DNA of 64,000 nt from Octopus vulgaris (Eukaryota). Shown in pieces: positions 14,426 through 27,194 of the stretch (its first letter is position 1; every line of letters starts with the position of its first letter). Both the position numbers and the translations under genes were made by a program. The notes beneath the pieces are model-generated. The model did not search any database. It was not told the origin of the DNA and saw only the letters and a program-made list of their open reading frames with translations. The stretch is taken from assembly GCA_951406725.2 (NCBI GenBank), contig OX597832.1:64914001-64978000 (forward strand). Reading direction: 5' to 3'.

Positions 14426-15427
14426 GTCATTCCTCTCCCTCTCTTTCCATTCATTCATTCATTCATTCAACCGTTTCGTTTATGTCTATGCAACATCTTT
14501 CCGTCTGTCTTTCCATCCATCCATCCGCTTCTCTATCTATGTATCTATATATACACCCATCTCTCTATTCTCCCATCCATCCATCCATCCATCCATCCAT
14601 CCATCCATCCATCCATCCGCTTCTCTATCTATGTATCTATATATACACCCATCTCTCTATTCTCCCATCCATCCATCCATCCATCCATCCATCCATCCAT
14701 CCATCCATCCATGTGTGTGTGCGTGTATGTGTGTATGTAAATGTATGGCAATTATACGTAAGTACTTCGTCGTTCTTCCGAAAATGCCTTTCTGTGCGGT
14801 GTAATTAGCGATAAGGTTCGCTAGAAATGGAAAGAAGCGGATTGGGCGAAGAGATGCGAAGAAATAAACTGAAGCCTCCTTCATATATATATATACGCGC
14901 ACACACACGTATGCACACACTCACACACGTATACACACACATATATGCGAACACACACACCTATACACACATAAACGCACACACATATATATATATATAC
15001 GCACACACATATATAGAGACACACGTATACATACACACAATTATACACGTACATGCACTCACATACATACACAAAGAGATGTATACACATACACGTATAT
15101 ACATACACACATATACACACATATGTGCATCTCTCTATCTCTGTATATATATATATATATACAAACCGACACGGACATGTATCTACAGTTATCAATCTTT
15201 TTACCTGTCGATATAGTTATCAATCCACCTGTCTACCTGACAGTTTACCTATCTATGTATGTGTAGTTCAAAATAATTATAACTACTTATTTATTTAGGC
15301 ATGTCCGTGAATCTGTGTGCATGTATGTATGTATCTATCTATGTATATCTAAAATGTATCTATCTATCTACGTATATATCTGCCTATCTATCTCTCTACT
15401 CACCTATCCATCTATCTCTCTACTCAC

Positions 15428-15510
<83 letters not shown>

Positions 15511-15684
15511 GCTAGCTAGCTAGCTAGCTGTGTATGTGTGTATCTATCTATCTACGCATATCTCTATCTATCTATCTACTCACCTATCTACCTATCACTG
15601 ATTATATGCACCTTTCTATATCTATTAGTCTATGCCTATGTATGTTTATATATGTATACGTATATACGTATATTTGTGTTTCAA

Positions 15685-15747
<63 letters not shown>

Positions 15748-16049
15748 CGGTGCTCCAGCATGGCTGCAGTCAAATAACCGGAACGGGTAAAAGAAGAATA
15801 ACAGAAGAACACACACAGACATATGACATACATATAGCCCTCCCCTCAATCTCTGTGATCGATCCTCCATCTTTCCAACTACATACGAAACAAATATCAT
15901 GGCAAACAACCCCACCACGACCACCACCACCCATCACTAAGATTTCTACATAAGTGTGTATCCTCAGGCTGAAGTATTTGATGTCTGATTATAAACTCCT
16001 CTTTTGCCTCAATTCAGTCCTTGCTTAGCCACGGATAGAACTTCTACAT

Positions 16050-16308
16050 CGGTGCTTCTCTACAGGGGCCCACATGAACCTTTGTGCATCCATATGACCC
16101 TTCGGCTTCCATGTGAGATATTACTGAAATTTATCTGCAGTTTATAGCAGGATTGGCTGTGTGGTAACAAGCTTGCTTCCCAACCACATGGTTCCGGGTT
16201 CAGTCCCACTGCATGGCACCTCGGGCAAGTGGCTTCTACTATAGCCTCAGGCTGACTAAAGCCTTGTGAACAGATTTGGTAGACGGAAACTGAAAGAAGC
16301 CATTTCTG

Positions 16309-16363
<55 letters not shown>

Positions 16364-16740
16364 TTTATTTGTGTGTCTCTGTTTTCCCCCCTCCACCATC
16401 GCTTGACAACCGATGTTTGTGTGTTTACATCCCCGTAATCCAGCGGTTCAGCAAAAAGAGACCGATAATATAAGTACTAGGCTCACAAAGAATAGGTCGA
16501 TTCGTTTGACTAAATGCAGTGCTCCAGCATGGCCGCAGTCAAATAACAAATAAAAGAATATACTGGTTATACTTTTAAAATACACAAAATATTTCACCAT
16601 TTAAAAAAAAATATAATTCTAATAATTAATTATAAAAATATGACAGGAATTTTTTAAAACATTGACTAGTTATGAGGGTCCAGCCGGGTAGAATATGTAT
16701 GAAAAGGGTCCATAGTTAAAATCTAGTTAGGGGCCACTGT
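16050..16740. mobile_element. Decayed hAT-type MITE interrupted by a SINE A copy
   Basis: Ends resemble CAGTGGTTCTCAACC / GGTTGAGAACCACTG (cggtgcttctctaca ... gttaggggccactg). A related left end, cagtgggttctcaacc, lies at ~52523. Confidence 0.45.
16147..16560 (+). mobile_element. Full-length SINE family A with an internal (TA)n tract
   Basis: tRNA-like head (tggctgtgtggtaa..ggttcagtccc, A/B-box-like), ggcacctcgggcaagt core, central (TA)n, and 3' tail gctccagcatggccgcagtcaaat. Confidence 0.9.
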
Positions 16741-17402
16741 TCTACACGGTCGACCTGCCTGAAATAACAGCCAAATGTTTCCTGAATTAACCGCTACTGT
16801 CTTCAATATGGAAGGGTTCGTTTGGATATGGTGGTCCAAGGCATACTTTTGAAAACACAGCAAATAGCAAAACTTTTGATTTTAGGGTTGCTCAGTTAAT
16901 TATGATTTAGGGTTAAAGAAGAATAATAGGAAGGATTTTGAATAAAGCAGTCCTAAATATGCAAGATGGAATGGTCACAGCGAGAACGCTTTTTATTATA
17001 GGCTTGTAGGTTGTATCAGGTTTGCTCAGGGTTTCAACAATAACGAAGGCAGCAAAAATAAAGACGCATAGATTAAAAGAAATTGGGAATATGGAAGGAT
17101 GCTCACGGATGGATCGCATTTGATCATCAATGCTTTTTCAAACCTGTGATGCAAATGTTGGATTGAAAAACAGTGCCATAAAGAGCAGCCCTCCTTCCAT
17201 GCCCACCGAGCTTTAGTTGAATACTGGACATTTGGATTGATTAATTAGACGATGTTCATTCATTCGGCCAGCAACCTTTTCTACAAATTTTTGCAGCTTC
17301 TATGGTTGTGAAGTTAAGAAGCTCCCGTTTTAACTGCGTGGTTTGCGGTTCAATCTGACTGTGCAGCAGTTTCGTAGACGGAAATTTTGGGTGCCCTTCC
17401 TC

Positions 17403-17435
<33 letters not shown>

Positions 17436-17592
17436 ATCTATGTGTGTGTGTGTGTGTGTGTGTGATACGAAATTACGATTTTTTAACGATAACTGATGAG
17501 GGAAGAGCATGACCTCGTTTTATGTGTGAATTTTCCGTGTTCCTTTGTCGCCCAGCGCAATTTTTGAATCACAAACACTCACACACACACAC

Positions 17593-17677
<85 letters not shown>

Positions 17678-18205
17678 TGCATACACACACACACACACAC
17701 GCAGATGCGTATGATCCCCAATCACTTGACAAAAGGTATGGACTTTTATCGACCTAAAGAGACATATACAACTAGGCAGTGATGTTGATTTTGAGGAAAC
17801 CCTTCAAAATGGTGTCCCAGCATGGCCGAAGTCCAATTACTGAAACAAGTGATCACACACACATGTCCACAGGCTCTGACAAAATACCATGCAGGATTTC
17901 AGCTTTTTACCTTATGTCACTTAACTTCTGGCATTTAGACCCCTCTTGGTTCAAATCTCCTTTTCATCCTTACGAGGTCGATAAGCTGAAATACTCAAGT
18001 ACTGGAGTCAATGTAATCGATTCGCACATTGTCTGTATATCAGAAACATATAGGACGGTAGAAGATCAAACTCCTTCATTACTTAAAAGCAGTGACTGCG
18101 CTGAATCGTTACAGAACTGGAAAAGAAATCTTTCCTGTTCTGACTTCAAATCGCATTGATGTTAAGCTATGTTGGAGGACACACATATACATATATATAT
18201 ACATA

Positions 18206-18237
<32 letters not shown>

Positions 18238-18240
<3 letters not shown>

Positions 18241-18395
18241 GACAGGCTCCTTTCAGTTTCCGTCTACCAAATCCACTCACAAGGCTTTGGTCGGCCCGAG
18301 GCTATAGAAGACACTTGCCCAAGGTGCTACGCAGTGGCACTGAACCCAGAACCAAGTGGTTGGTAGGCAAGCTACTTACCACACAGCCACTCCTG

Positions 18396-18481
<86 letters not shown>

Positions 18482-19021
18482 ATCCTCACACCACGCACAC
18501 TGTGTGTATGTGTGCATGTATGTATATATATATATATATACATACAAACAAACATACACGCACATGCATTCCTCACATCTGTATATGTGTGTGTATGTAT
18601 ACGTTGCCTCCCCCTCTCTCCCTCTCAAACACTCGCATTAATACCTTATGTTTTGCCTATCTTACTTGTTTCAGTCATTAGATCGCGGCCATGCTGGGGC
18701 ATCGCCTTGAAGAATTTTTAATCGAATGAACCGACCCCAGTCCTTCTTTTTTTTTGTAGCCTGGTACATATTCTATCGGAGTTTTTGGCGAACGGCAACG
18801 TTACAGAGACATAAACACGCCAATACCGGTTGTGAAGCGGTGATGGGAGACAAACACGCACAATGAGCTTTGTTCTGTTTCCAAATGCATCAACAAGCCT
18901 TTGGATGTTCCCCCAGGCTATAGTAGAAGCCACTTGCCCAAAGTGTCACTCAGTGGGACTGAACCCTGGAAGCACATGGCTCAGACGCAAGCTTCTAACC
19001 ACACAACCACCTCAGCGCCTA
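18238..19021 (-). mobile_element. SINE A 5' half (18238-18396) and an internally deleted SINE A copy (~18655-19021)
   Basis: Reverse-complement matches to the head and tail of family A. Confidence 0.85.
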
Positions 19022-19426
19022 TACTTCACTTGTTATCACTGATATCACTCAATTTCCCTTACAACACGTGTTTCTCACTCTCTCTCACACTCTCTGACAC
19101 ATTCTTACACATACACTGTCTCTCTTTCACTATATTCATCTTTCTCACCGTCTCTCTCTCTCCCTCTCTCTCCCCATCTCTCTCTTCTAACGTTCGTTTT
19201 TGTCTTTTTAAAATTTTTTTCTTTAAAATCTTTTTTACTTTCTTTCGAAAAGAGCGTCTTGCTCCCTCGCTCTGACTCTCTCCCTTCCTTTTCCACCCTG
19301 CACCTTTCCGTCTCTCTCTCTCTCTCTCTGCCTTTCTCTCTCCGTCTCTCCTGGCGAACTCTGTCTGCTTCCCTCATTCTGCCTATGTGTATCTTTCTTT
19401 CCTTCTCTCCCTTTCCACCCTCTATA

Positions 19427-19468
<42 letters not shown>

Positions 19469-20146
19469 AAGTAGCCTCTCAATGGCTGTCCGTGTAGAGT
19501 AGCCTCTCTCCCTCTGTCTGTCTGTCTCTCTGCCTAATGTGTGTATTCTCTCTCTCTCTCTCTCTGTCTCGCTCTCAAGTACGGTCTACGTGTTTATCTA
19601 TTTTAAATCACTATGACTGTCCTGTAGTTTGTCCTTCTGTTCAAGACTGACTTCTAAAATAGATTCCTAAAGACATATTAAACACAATTTTCTGTTTTTA
19701 ACCAACATCGTTTTACATGCTTACTTTTATCTATAACCTCCTTCTAAGTTATTTTTCACAATCTCCCTCTCTTTCTCTCTCCCTCTAAGTTTGATTGCCT
19801 GTCTGTGTGTGTGTGTCTCTCTGTCTCTCCCTCTCTCTCCCTCTGTCTCTCTGTCTCTGTCTCTCTCTATCAATATCTATACGTGTCTATCTATCTTTGA
19901 AAATCTCTCTACACCCCTCTCTTTTCTTTTATTTTCTTTCATTCGCTGAACGTTGGACAACGGAATAAATTGCCGAAAGAAATACTCTGTCCATTCGGAT
20001 TAGGTGAGATTTTGTGTTCTGTTTGATTAGGCTGCTTACCGAATATTATCTATCGGAGAGAAGTGTGAGTGATGCAAAAAAGAAAGGAAAAAATCATTTT
20101 CGATGCTGATATCAGAACTGTATCCAGGTTTGCTATAGATGCGATT

Positions 20147-20733
20147 AATAATGGTTTCAAATTTTAACACAAGGGCAGTAATTTCGGGTGAGGGGGTAAG
20201 TTGATTACATCGACCCCAATGCTCAACTGGTACTTATTCTGTCGACCCTGAAAGGATGCAAGGTAAAGTCGATTTCGGTGGAATGTTAACACATAACGCA
20301 GCGACGGGCGAAATGCCTATTTCTTTACTACCCACGAGGGGCTAAACACAGAGAGACAAACAAGGACAGACAAACGGATTAAGTCGATTATATCGACCCC
20401 AGTGCGTAACTGGTATTTATTTAATAGACCCCGAAAGGATGAAAGGCAAAGTCGACCTTGGCGGAATTTGAACTCAGAACGTAACGGCAGACGAAATACC
20501 TATTTCTTTACTACCCACAAGGAGCTAAGCACAGAGGGGACAAACAAGGACAGACAAACGGATTAAGTCGATTACTTCGACCCCAGTGCGTAACTGGTAC
20601 TTAATTTATCGATCCCGAAAAGATGAAAAGCAAAGTCTACCTCGGCAGAATTTGAACTCAGAACGTAACGGTAGAAGAAATACTGCTAAGCATTTCGCCC
20701 GGCGTGCTAACATTTCTGCCAGCTTGCCGCCTT
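20147..20733 (-). mobile_element. SINE family B, tandem trimer (one head plus three body units)
   Basis: Head gccagcttgccgcctt, plus three repeats of cgaccccgaaaggatgaaaggcaaagtcgacc..gaatttgaactcagaacg. Confidence 0.9.
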
Positions 20734-20837
20734 TTTTCTATTTCTGCTCCTTCTCTTTTCTATTCTCTCTTCTTATTCTCTTCCCTCCTTTAAGTATGTG
20801 TGTCTGTGTGTGAGTGAGTGTATGTGTGTAATACATA

Positions 20838-21070
20838 TATTTCTTTACTACCCACAAGGAGCTAAGCACAGAGGGGACAAACAAGGACAGACAAACGGAT
20901 TAAGTCGATTACTTCGACCCCAGTGCGTAACTGGTACTTAATTTATCTACCTCGAAACGATGAAAGGCAAAGTCGACCTCGGCAGAATTTGATCTCAGAA
21001 CGTAACGGCATACGAAATACGGCTACGCATTTCGCCCGGCGTGTTAACGATTCTGCCAGCTCGTCGCCTT
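20838..21070 (-). mobile_element. SINE family B monomer abutting (AAT)n
   Basis: Near-identical to 20500-20733 and followed by (AAT)n at 21079-21158. Confidence 0.9.
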
Positions 21071-21092
21071 GATGATGATAATAATAATAATG

Positions 21093-21149
<57 letters not shown>

Positions 21150-21197
21150 TTAATAATAGCCAGTTGTCGGTCGTTGCTTTCACTAGCCATACTTTAC

Positions 21198-21239
<42 letters not shown>

Positions 21240-21788
21240 AGAGTAAAATGGAGAGAGGTACAGGAAGAGTGCATATACCAGGCTTGGTGGCCGGAAATCA
21301 TTAAAAGAACGCTGTACATACACATAGTGAGAAAGATAACAGTAGATATGGAGGAATTACACAAATAAGAAATTTGTCTTAATTTTAATGTGATAAATAC
21401 TTTTCTTTTGAAAATTACTTTCCATTTCATCATTTTATATAATTATCATGTAATTCGATAAATCTAAATTATATTCATGGTATACCATATTTCCTCACAT
21501 TTCGCATGATGCCAAAAATATACTTTCAAAGCCTTCCGCCCTAAGAACGAAACACTAGTTTGGTTTAAATTTGGAATACTTTGTATTTTTCTGAATAATT
21601 ACTCCCAACATTGTCTTTTAACTAATTTACTTCGTAACTATGCATCTCCTGTTTATATTTTCTGTTATGTTTTCAGTTTTTCTCGGTAATTTTAAGAGCA
21701 AAACACACCGACGAACTATTACACCTGTTCTTGTGAAAATATAGCGATTACAATTTTGACTGTCATGTCCATCTGCACGCAGATATTA

Positions 21789-21985
21789 TACAGGGTAATT
21801 CAAAAGTCTCCATACATAGGAAAAATTTATTCTTTTGTACGAAACATTTTATAAGACTCCCTAGTTTCCCTGATTTGACTTCTCTTGATTTCTATATTTG
21901 GGGGCATTTGAAAAGCATGGTGTATCGCAGAAAGATAGCAGACATAAAGGAATGCATCACCAACTCATATGCACACACATATACA
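21789..21985 (+). mobile_element. Tc1/mariner-superfamily remnant
   Basis: Starts with TACAGGGT. From 21860 it encodes PSFPDLTSLDFYIWGHLKSMVY, a match to the SPDLxPxDFxLWGxLK catalytic-region motif. Confidence 0.8.
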
Positions 21986-22254
21986 AGCATGTACACAAAA
22001 AGGCCTTGGTATGTTAAAGTACGAGAGGTTATTTTGGTAAATGGATAGAAATGTTTAAAGTTTAGGAGAATAGCTTTTTGTAAAAACAAGAAATTACTAC
22101 TGTTTCCAATATTGTGTAAAGCGAGGGATGAGTTAAGAGATGGAGCGGAAGGTAGCGTATAGCTCCAGTTTAACAAAACGCATAAATTCAAATTAAGCTA
22201 GATCCGTTATCCCTTTGTAAAAGAGTCTAAATGTTCGAAGAATCTTGTGGTTGA

Positions 22255-22600
22255 TCTGATAAATAGTTAATTTTCTTTGTTTGCAAGTTGTGTGTTGGAC
22301 TGTTATATATTTTGAACTGTTTCCTTGGCGCACAATGTCCATGGATTTGGCTCTTTCATTTATGGGGTTGCAAATTTCAATATGCTTCATTGTTTTGTGT
22401 TGCAGGCGTACTCGGTCAGTGAAGCTGAACTGGCCAATTTAGGGTTTTGAACGAGTGCACAGGCTTATAAAAGCTTTCCTTGAAATTATTAGCCGTAGCT
22501 CCTACATATTCAGTTGTAGCTGCACGCGTAATTACTGATGTATATTGTGTATGTTATATGGGCAGCTTTTGATTTTTCAGTCTGTTTGCATCTTTACCAT
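22255..22600 (-). pseudogene. Penelope-like GIY-YIG endonuclease remnant
   Basis: Minus-strand translation TEYVGATANNFKESFYKPVHSFKNPKLASSASLTEY..*SILKFATP*MKEPNPWTLCAKE..LANKEN* follows the PLE pattern YIGxTxxxFKxRxxxHxxSF..WxILxxAxPY..CxLCxxE..LNKxxE. It contains several stops. Confidence 0.7.
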
Positions 22601-22713
22601 TTGCAAGAATTTTTTCTCCACAGTGAAATTGCTTTTGGAAGTTAAAACATGTCAAACATTTTCGAACAAACCTATGGTTGTCTATCTTTAACCACTGCTT
22701 AGAGCTTGTACAT

Positions 22714-22758
<45 letters not shown>

Positions 22759-22949
22759 TTTGGTTGTCATCCAGTTAATCAACAGGGAACAAAACAAGTG
22801 CGATTTTCCTGTTCAAATTCACCACATGATTGGTTGAAGTAAAGCAATCAATGCCTTTCGTCTAATTAATGAATAGGATGAAAATAAAAGAGATCCTGAC
22901 ATGTTTCTTTAGTGTTAATCTATTTGTGTTTCCAGCTGAGAACAGTGAA

Positions 22950-23520
22950 AGACTTTCCTGCATTTAGCCAAATCAGAAATAAAACAATATAAGTTCCATT
23001 TTACTTTAGAAGAATGAACTAGATCCCACGGATAATGAAAGAGAGGTTGATGTAGATATATATGTAATTAGTGATTGCTTTGCACATTTTAGAGATCTTG
23101 AGTACATACCTGAAGTCAATTTGGAACCAAAAATATGTTTTTTAATAACGCTGGAATAGCCTTGTTGAAAACTTATTTCACGCTGTCAAATGAGAAAGCA
23201 GAGCCTCTCTGCTTAGATGCAAAAGAAACTGTATGTTAAAAGTGAAATTCTGACTGAACATTCTATACTATAGAAAATGCTTTGTTCTTTCTATTGTAAT
23301 GACATCAATGAGCTCTTCATTATTTTGACAAAGTATCATGTTGAATCTAAACGCAGCCTCCGTACTGTTTCATCACAAAGAAGCTTGAAATCAGTTTTGC
23401 TGCATAATTGAAATATAAAGATATGACTCTCCACTGTCTTTTCCAGAGACATGTTCACATGAATGCACTGCTTAACACGATTCACTGCTGTATTCAATGA
23501 ATTCCATATGGAGAGCTCGA
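22950..23520 (-). pseudogene. Highly decayed hAT (Buster/Charlie-like) transposase fragment
   Basis: Broken motifs occur in the expected order on the minus strand: SLEKTVESHIF (~TTGEDIF), CI*/REALL (~HCxxHRExL) and a LSRG-like segment. Confidence 0.4.
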
Positions 23521-23884
23521 AAGCTATTGGGCGTACAGGCATAAGTTAACTACTTATTAAAGATGATAAGCCGCTTAATCACGTGCTCCAGGATTGTGCA
23601 GCATCTAATTTGTCGTTGATCAAGAAAATATTTCTGTCACTTCTCCATTTTAATCTCGGTTTAGTGAAACATTTTGTTGAACATCAGAACATCAGGACCT
23701 TTCAAAAAAAAAAAAAAAAGAAAAAACCTAAATGTAAGTGGAGAAAAGTTGAATGAAGGGATTTTTGTGGGGCTGCTTATCGGAGGTTTTTAAACCCATT
23801 GAATTTCGACATTCAATTCTCTGGAATTAAAAAGAATAACAGAGTTTTAATTAGTGAAACAAAGACATTCTGGAGAATAGGTAA

Positions 23885-24051
23885 CAACATGGCTGTATGT
23901 TTAAGAAGCTCGGATTTATATTCATGTGGTTTCCGGTTCTATCCAACCGCGCGGCAATTTGAGTGTTTTCTACCTAGAACCCCGGGGTGACGAATGTCTT
24001 GTGATTGAATGTGGTAGAAATACACAGTACGGAAGCCCGTCCTGTATATAC

Positions 24052-24127
<76 letters not shown>

Positions 24128-24305
24128 CAATACCATTTGACAAGCGATGTTGGTTTGTTTACATCTCCATAAATTCGCAGTACGGCAGAAGAAGCCAAAC
24201 CTATACAATAAGTGTCAGAGTTAAGTAGTGATCGATTTGTTCGACTAAGCCCTTCAAGGTGGTGCTCCAGCATGGCCGCGGTCCAATGACATGTAAAACA
24301 AGAGA
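23885..24305 (+). mobile_element. Diverged SINE family A copy
   Basis: Head catggctgtatgtttaagaagct, central (TA)n and tail ggtgctccagcatggccgcggtccaatgac. Confidence 0.8.
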
Positions 24306-25106
24306 TAATTCCCTCGATACAGAGGAGGTGGGGACTGAAAACCTCTTTGAGATGCCTGCAAAGAATCTGGAAATGAAGTATGATGCTTGACTAGAGTTGG
24401 CTGTTATATCGCAACAAACCAGACCAAGTTTATAGGAGAAACTCATATCAGCCTTGCATTATGGATATTGAATGTAGTGTGTATCGAATTGAATTTATGA
24501 TATCAAAATCAGGTTAAAATTAATATTGCATGAATTAACCATGTATATGTCGTGCGTTTCGGTTAAAGCAATAAACAAATTTTGGATAAAATGTTATTTA
24601 ATACATTTTAATTATTAATAATATGGAGAAAAAACAAATTTTAAATTGCCGTGTTTAAAAAGAACGAGTTGAGGAAAAATTAAAGAGAGATTCGGCATCA
24701 GAGTGCAAACGTATGACAAAAAACGACTTACGTCGTGTTTGATGGGAAAATATATTAATTTTATTCAGGAGGCTGTATGTTTGTTTATCTCTGTTCATAT
24801 CTCGTCGTCTCATTATTTCTATCTATTTATGAAAACATAACTTCATCAGACTGCACCTGTCTCATTTCACCTCAGTATAACATTCTTTCTCTCTCTCATA
24901 CACAATAACACACACAGGAGCAAGTGAACAGACGAAAGAAAATAGCACTCAACACATTTTATAGGAGTTACATGTGTTATTAAATCAAACGGTTTGATTC
25001 AGTGCCATGTGACAGTTTACTGGAGTCGGAAAAGTGAGCCTGAACGAATTAGGACTCAGTAAGAGACCAACGAAACTAACTTGCATGGAGCTGAATCAAA
25101 TTGTTT

Positions 25107-25132
25107 TAATAATAATAATAATAATTATAATG

Positions 25133-25190
<58 letters not shown>

Positions 25191-25219
25191 TAATAATGAT
25201 GATGATGATGATGATGATA

Positions 25220-25264
<45 letters not shown>

Positions 25265-25311
25265 TTGATGATGATGATGATGATAATGATGATGATGATG
25301 ATGATGATAAT
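25107..25311. repeat. Compound (AAT)n-(GAT)n trinucleotide microsatellite
   Basis: Directly visible. Confidence 0.98.
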
Positions 25312-25313
25312 TA

Positions 25314-25893
25314 CACGAGAATGTGGCCAGATATATCCACTGGCTGTCGTGCGGTAAAGCAAAATAGCGCACAAAATACTCTGAGAAAACGAACATTACA
25401 AAATACTCTGGGATTTTAACATGCAGTGCGACCAAGTCATAGAGGCGAGACGAGACGACCAGATATCGTGCTCATCCATAAAGATGAAAAAGAAGTAAAG
25501 ATGTTGCAATACCAGGCGAGTTGAAGGTGAAATGTAAGGAAACAAAAAAGCGTGAGAAATACCAGCCACTGCGGGACGAGATAGGAAAGTTATGGGGCAT
25601 GAGGCAAGTAATAGTGATACCGGTGGTAATTGGAGCATTAGGAGCAGTTTCCAAGGGCTTTGAAAAACATTAAGAATATTGGAGGTGCTGTCAGGCTCGA
25701 ATTGATCCAGACAACAGCATTGTTAGTTACAGCTCGCATTCTAAGGAGAGTATTGTCTGTTTGAGTCACAGAAGATGGGACTACTTGATACCTTTGGTGA
25801 TTTATCATTGCCTGCTTTCAAGTAAAGAATAGCCGGTAATTAAGCACTATCCGAGAGTATTTCAGAATAACTATAGCAATGCTAATAATAATA
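25314..25893 (+). mobile_element. 5'-truncated R4/Dong-type non-LTR retrotransposon (restriction-like endonuclease C-terminus plus 3'UTR), frameshifted
   Basis: Translates in pieces as HENVARYIHWLSC, KILWDFNMQCDQVIEAR, RPDIVLIHK, DVAIPGELKVKCKETKKREKYQPLRDEIGKLWGMRQVIVIPVVIGALGAVSK and LELIQTTALLVTARILRRVLSV* (stop 25762-25764). It ends in aataataat. Confidence 0.85.
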
Positions 25894-25894
25894 T

Positions 25895-26440
25895 GTAGTA
25901 CCAGGTTGTGGCTCTCATGGCGGCTGATCTTAATTGATTGGTAGTTTTATCATGTACATTGTTTTGTCTTGGTATAAAAGAAGGGCTACAGTAAATATTC
26001 TGCTCAATACCACAGATTTGCTTGTCACTTGTTTGACCTTAAGCAGTTGAGCATGTCCCTTGGTTGCAGATGAGATGTGCATCTTTGATCATGAGCAGAA
26101 GTAAGGGGGAGCATCATAGCCATGTGTTGTGAGGGATTCTTTGGGGTTTGAACAATTCACTTTTGGGAACATTGGTGTTTCGTTCATCATCACTAAATAA
26201 ACCTTATTCAGGGACCTTTTGAGTGGGATAGGATACTCAACCTGAAGAAAATTCTAACTGGGCCCCACCTACAAGGTCATACACTGTTTATCTTGATATG
26301 AGATTATCATTTACATACATATGGTTATGATGCATGTGCCAGGTGTACCCTTATTAGACGGGTACTCATGTTGGGTATAATTTGCTTCGTATATTTTACT
26401 CTAGTATCATTTTGATGGCATGCACTGCTCTCTCACTCCA
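25895..26440. mobile_element. ~545-bp non-coding interspersed element flanked by AAT repeats; partial second copy at 26633-26870
   Basis: 26175-26440 aligns with 26633-26870 (ttattcagggaccttttgag..cctgaagaaaattctaact..gcactgctctctca). Both copies end next to aataat. Confidence 0.7.
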
Positions 26441-26876
26441 TAGCAAAAATAATCCTTTCTACTATTAAATTTGGGGGGGAGGGGTCTGGTCGATTACAGC
26501 GAATTTAGTGTTTTACTGTTACTTAATTTATCGATCCCGAAGAGATGAAAGGAAAAGTTTACCTCGGTGGAGTACCAACGGGCGAAATACTACCCACAAG
26601 GGGCTAAACGCAGAGGGGACAAACAAGGACAGGGTTTCGTTCAACATCCTTAAATAACCCTTATTTAGTGACCTTTTGAGCGGGATGGGCTACTCGACCT
26701 GAAGAAAATTCTAACTAGGCAACTCCTGCAAGGTCATGCGCTGTGTATCTTGATATGGGATCACCATATCACGCACATATGACTGTGATGCATGTATGTG
26801 GTGTAGTCATGATGGTCTTTGTATATTTTACCCCAATGTTACTTTGATGGTATGCACTGCTCTCTCATTCAGTAAT

Positions 26877-27092
26877 AATCCTTTCTACTACAGGCACAAG
26901 GCCTGATATTTTTGGGGAAGGGGCAGTCAATTAGATCGATCCCAGTACTCAACTGGTACCTAACTGATCGACCCCGAAAGGATGAAAGGCAAAGTCGACC
27001 TCGGCGGAATTTGAACTCAGAACGTAACGGCAGACGAAATACTGCTAAGCATTTCGCCCGGCGTGCTAACGTTTCTGCCAGCTCGCCGCCTT
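26877..27092 (-). mobile_element. SINE family B (short-tail variant); another fragment at ~26450-26632
   Basis: Near-consensus head and body, with the aataatcctttctacta tail end. Confidence 0.9.
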
Positions 27093-27102
27093 CTCTCGCT
27101 CA

Positions 27103-27194
<92 letters not shown>

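Noticed and set aside
16147-16215. tRNA-like sequences at SINE heads
   Set aside because: No complete cloverleaf; they continue directly into SINE bodies.
17493-17520. CTGATGA motif (also at 45133 and 54918, and reverse-strand CTGACGA at ~58567)
   Set aside because: No correctly placed GAAA, stem III or stem I.
20147-21070. Regularly repeated ~180-bp units that could suggest a CRISPR-like or satellite array
   Set aside because: The units are SINE B bodies without unique spacers, in a eukaryotic context with no cas genes.
25034-25435. Poly-N/D, poly-I/M and poly-H/Y ORFs
   Set aside because: They are readings of the (AAT)n(GAT)n microsatellite.
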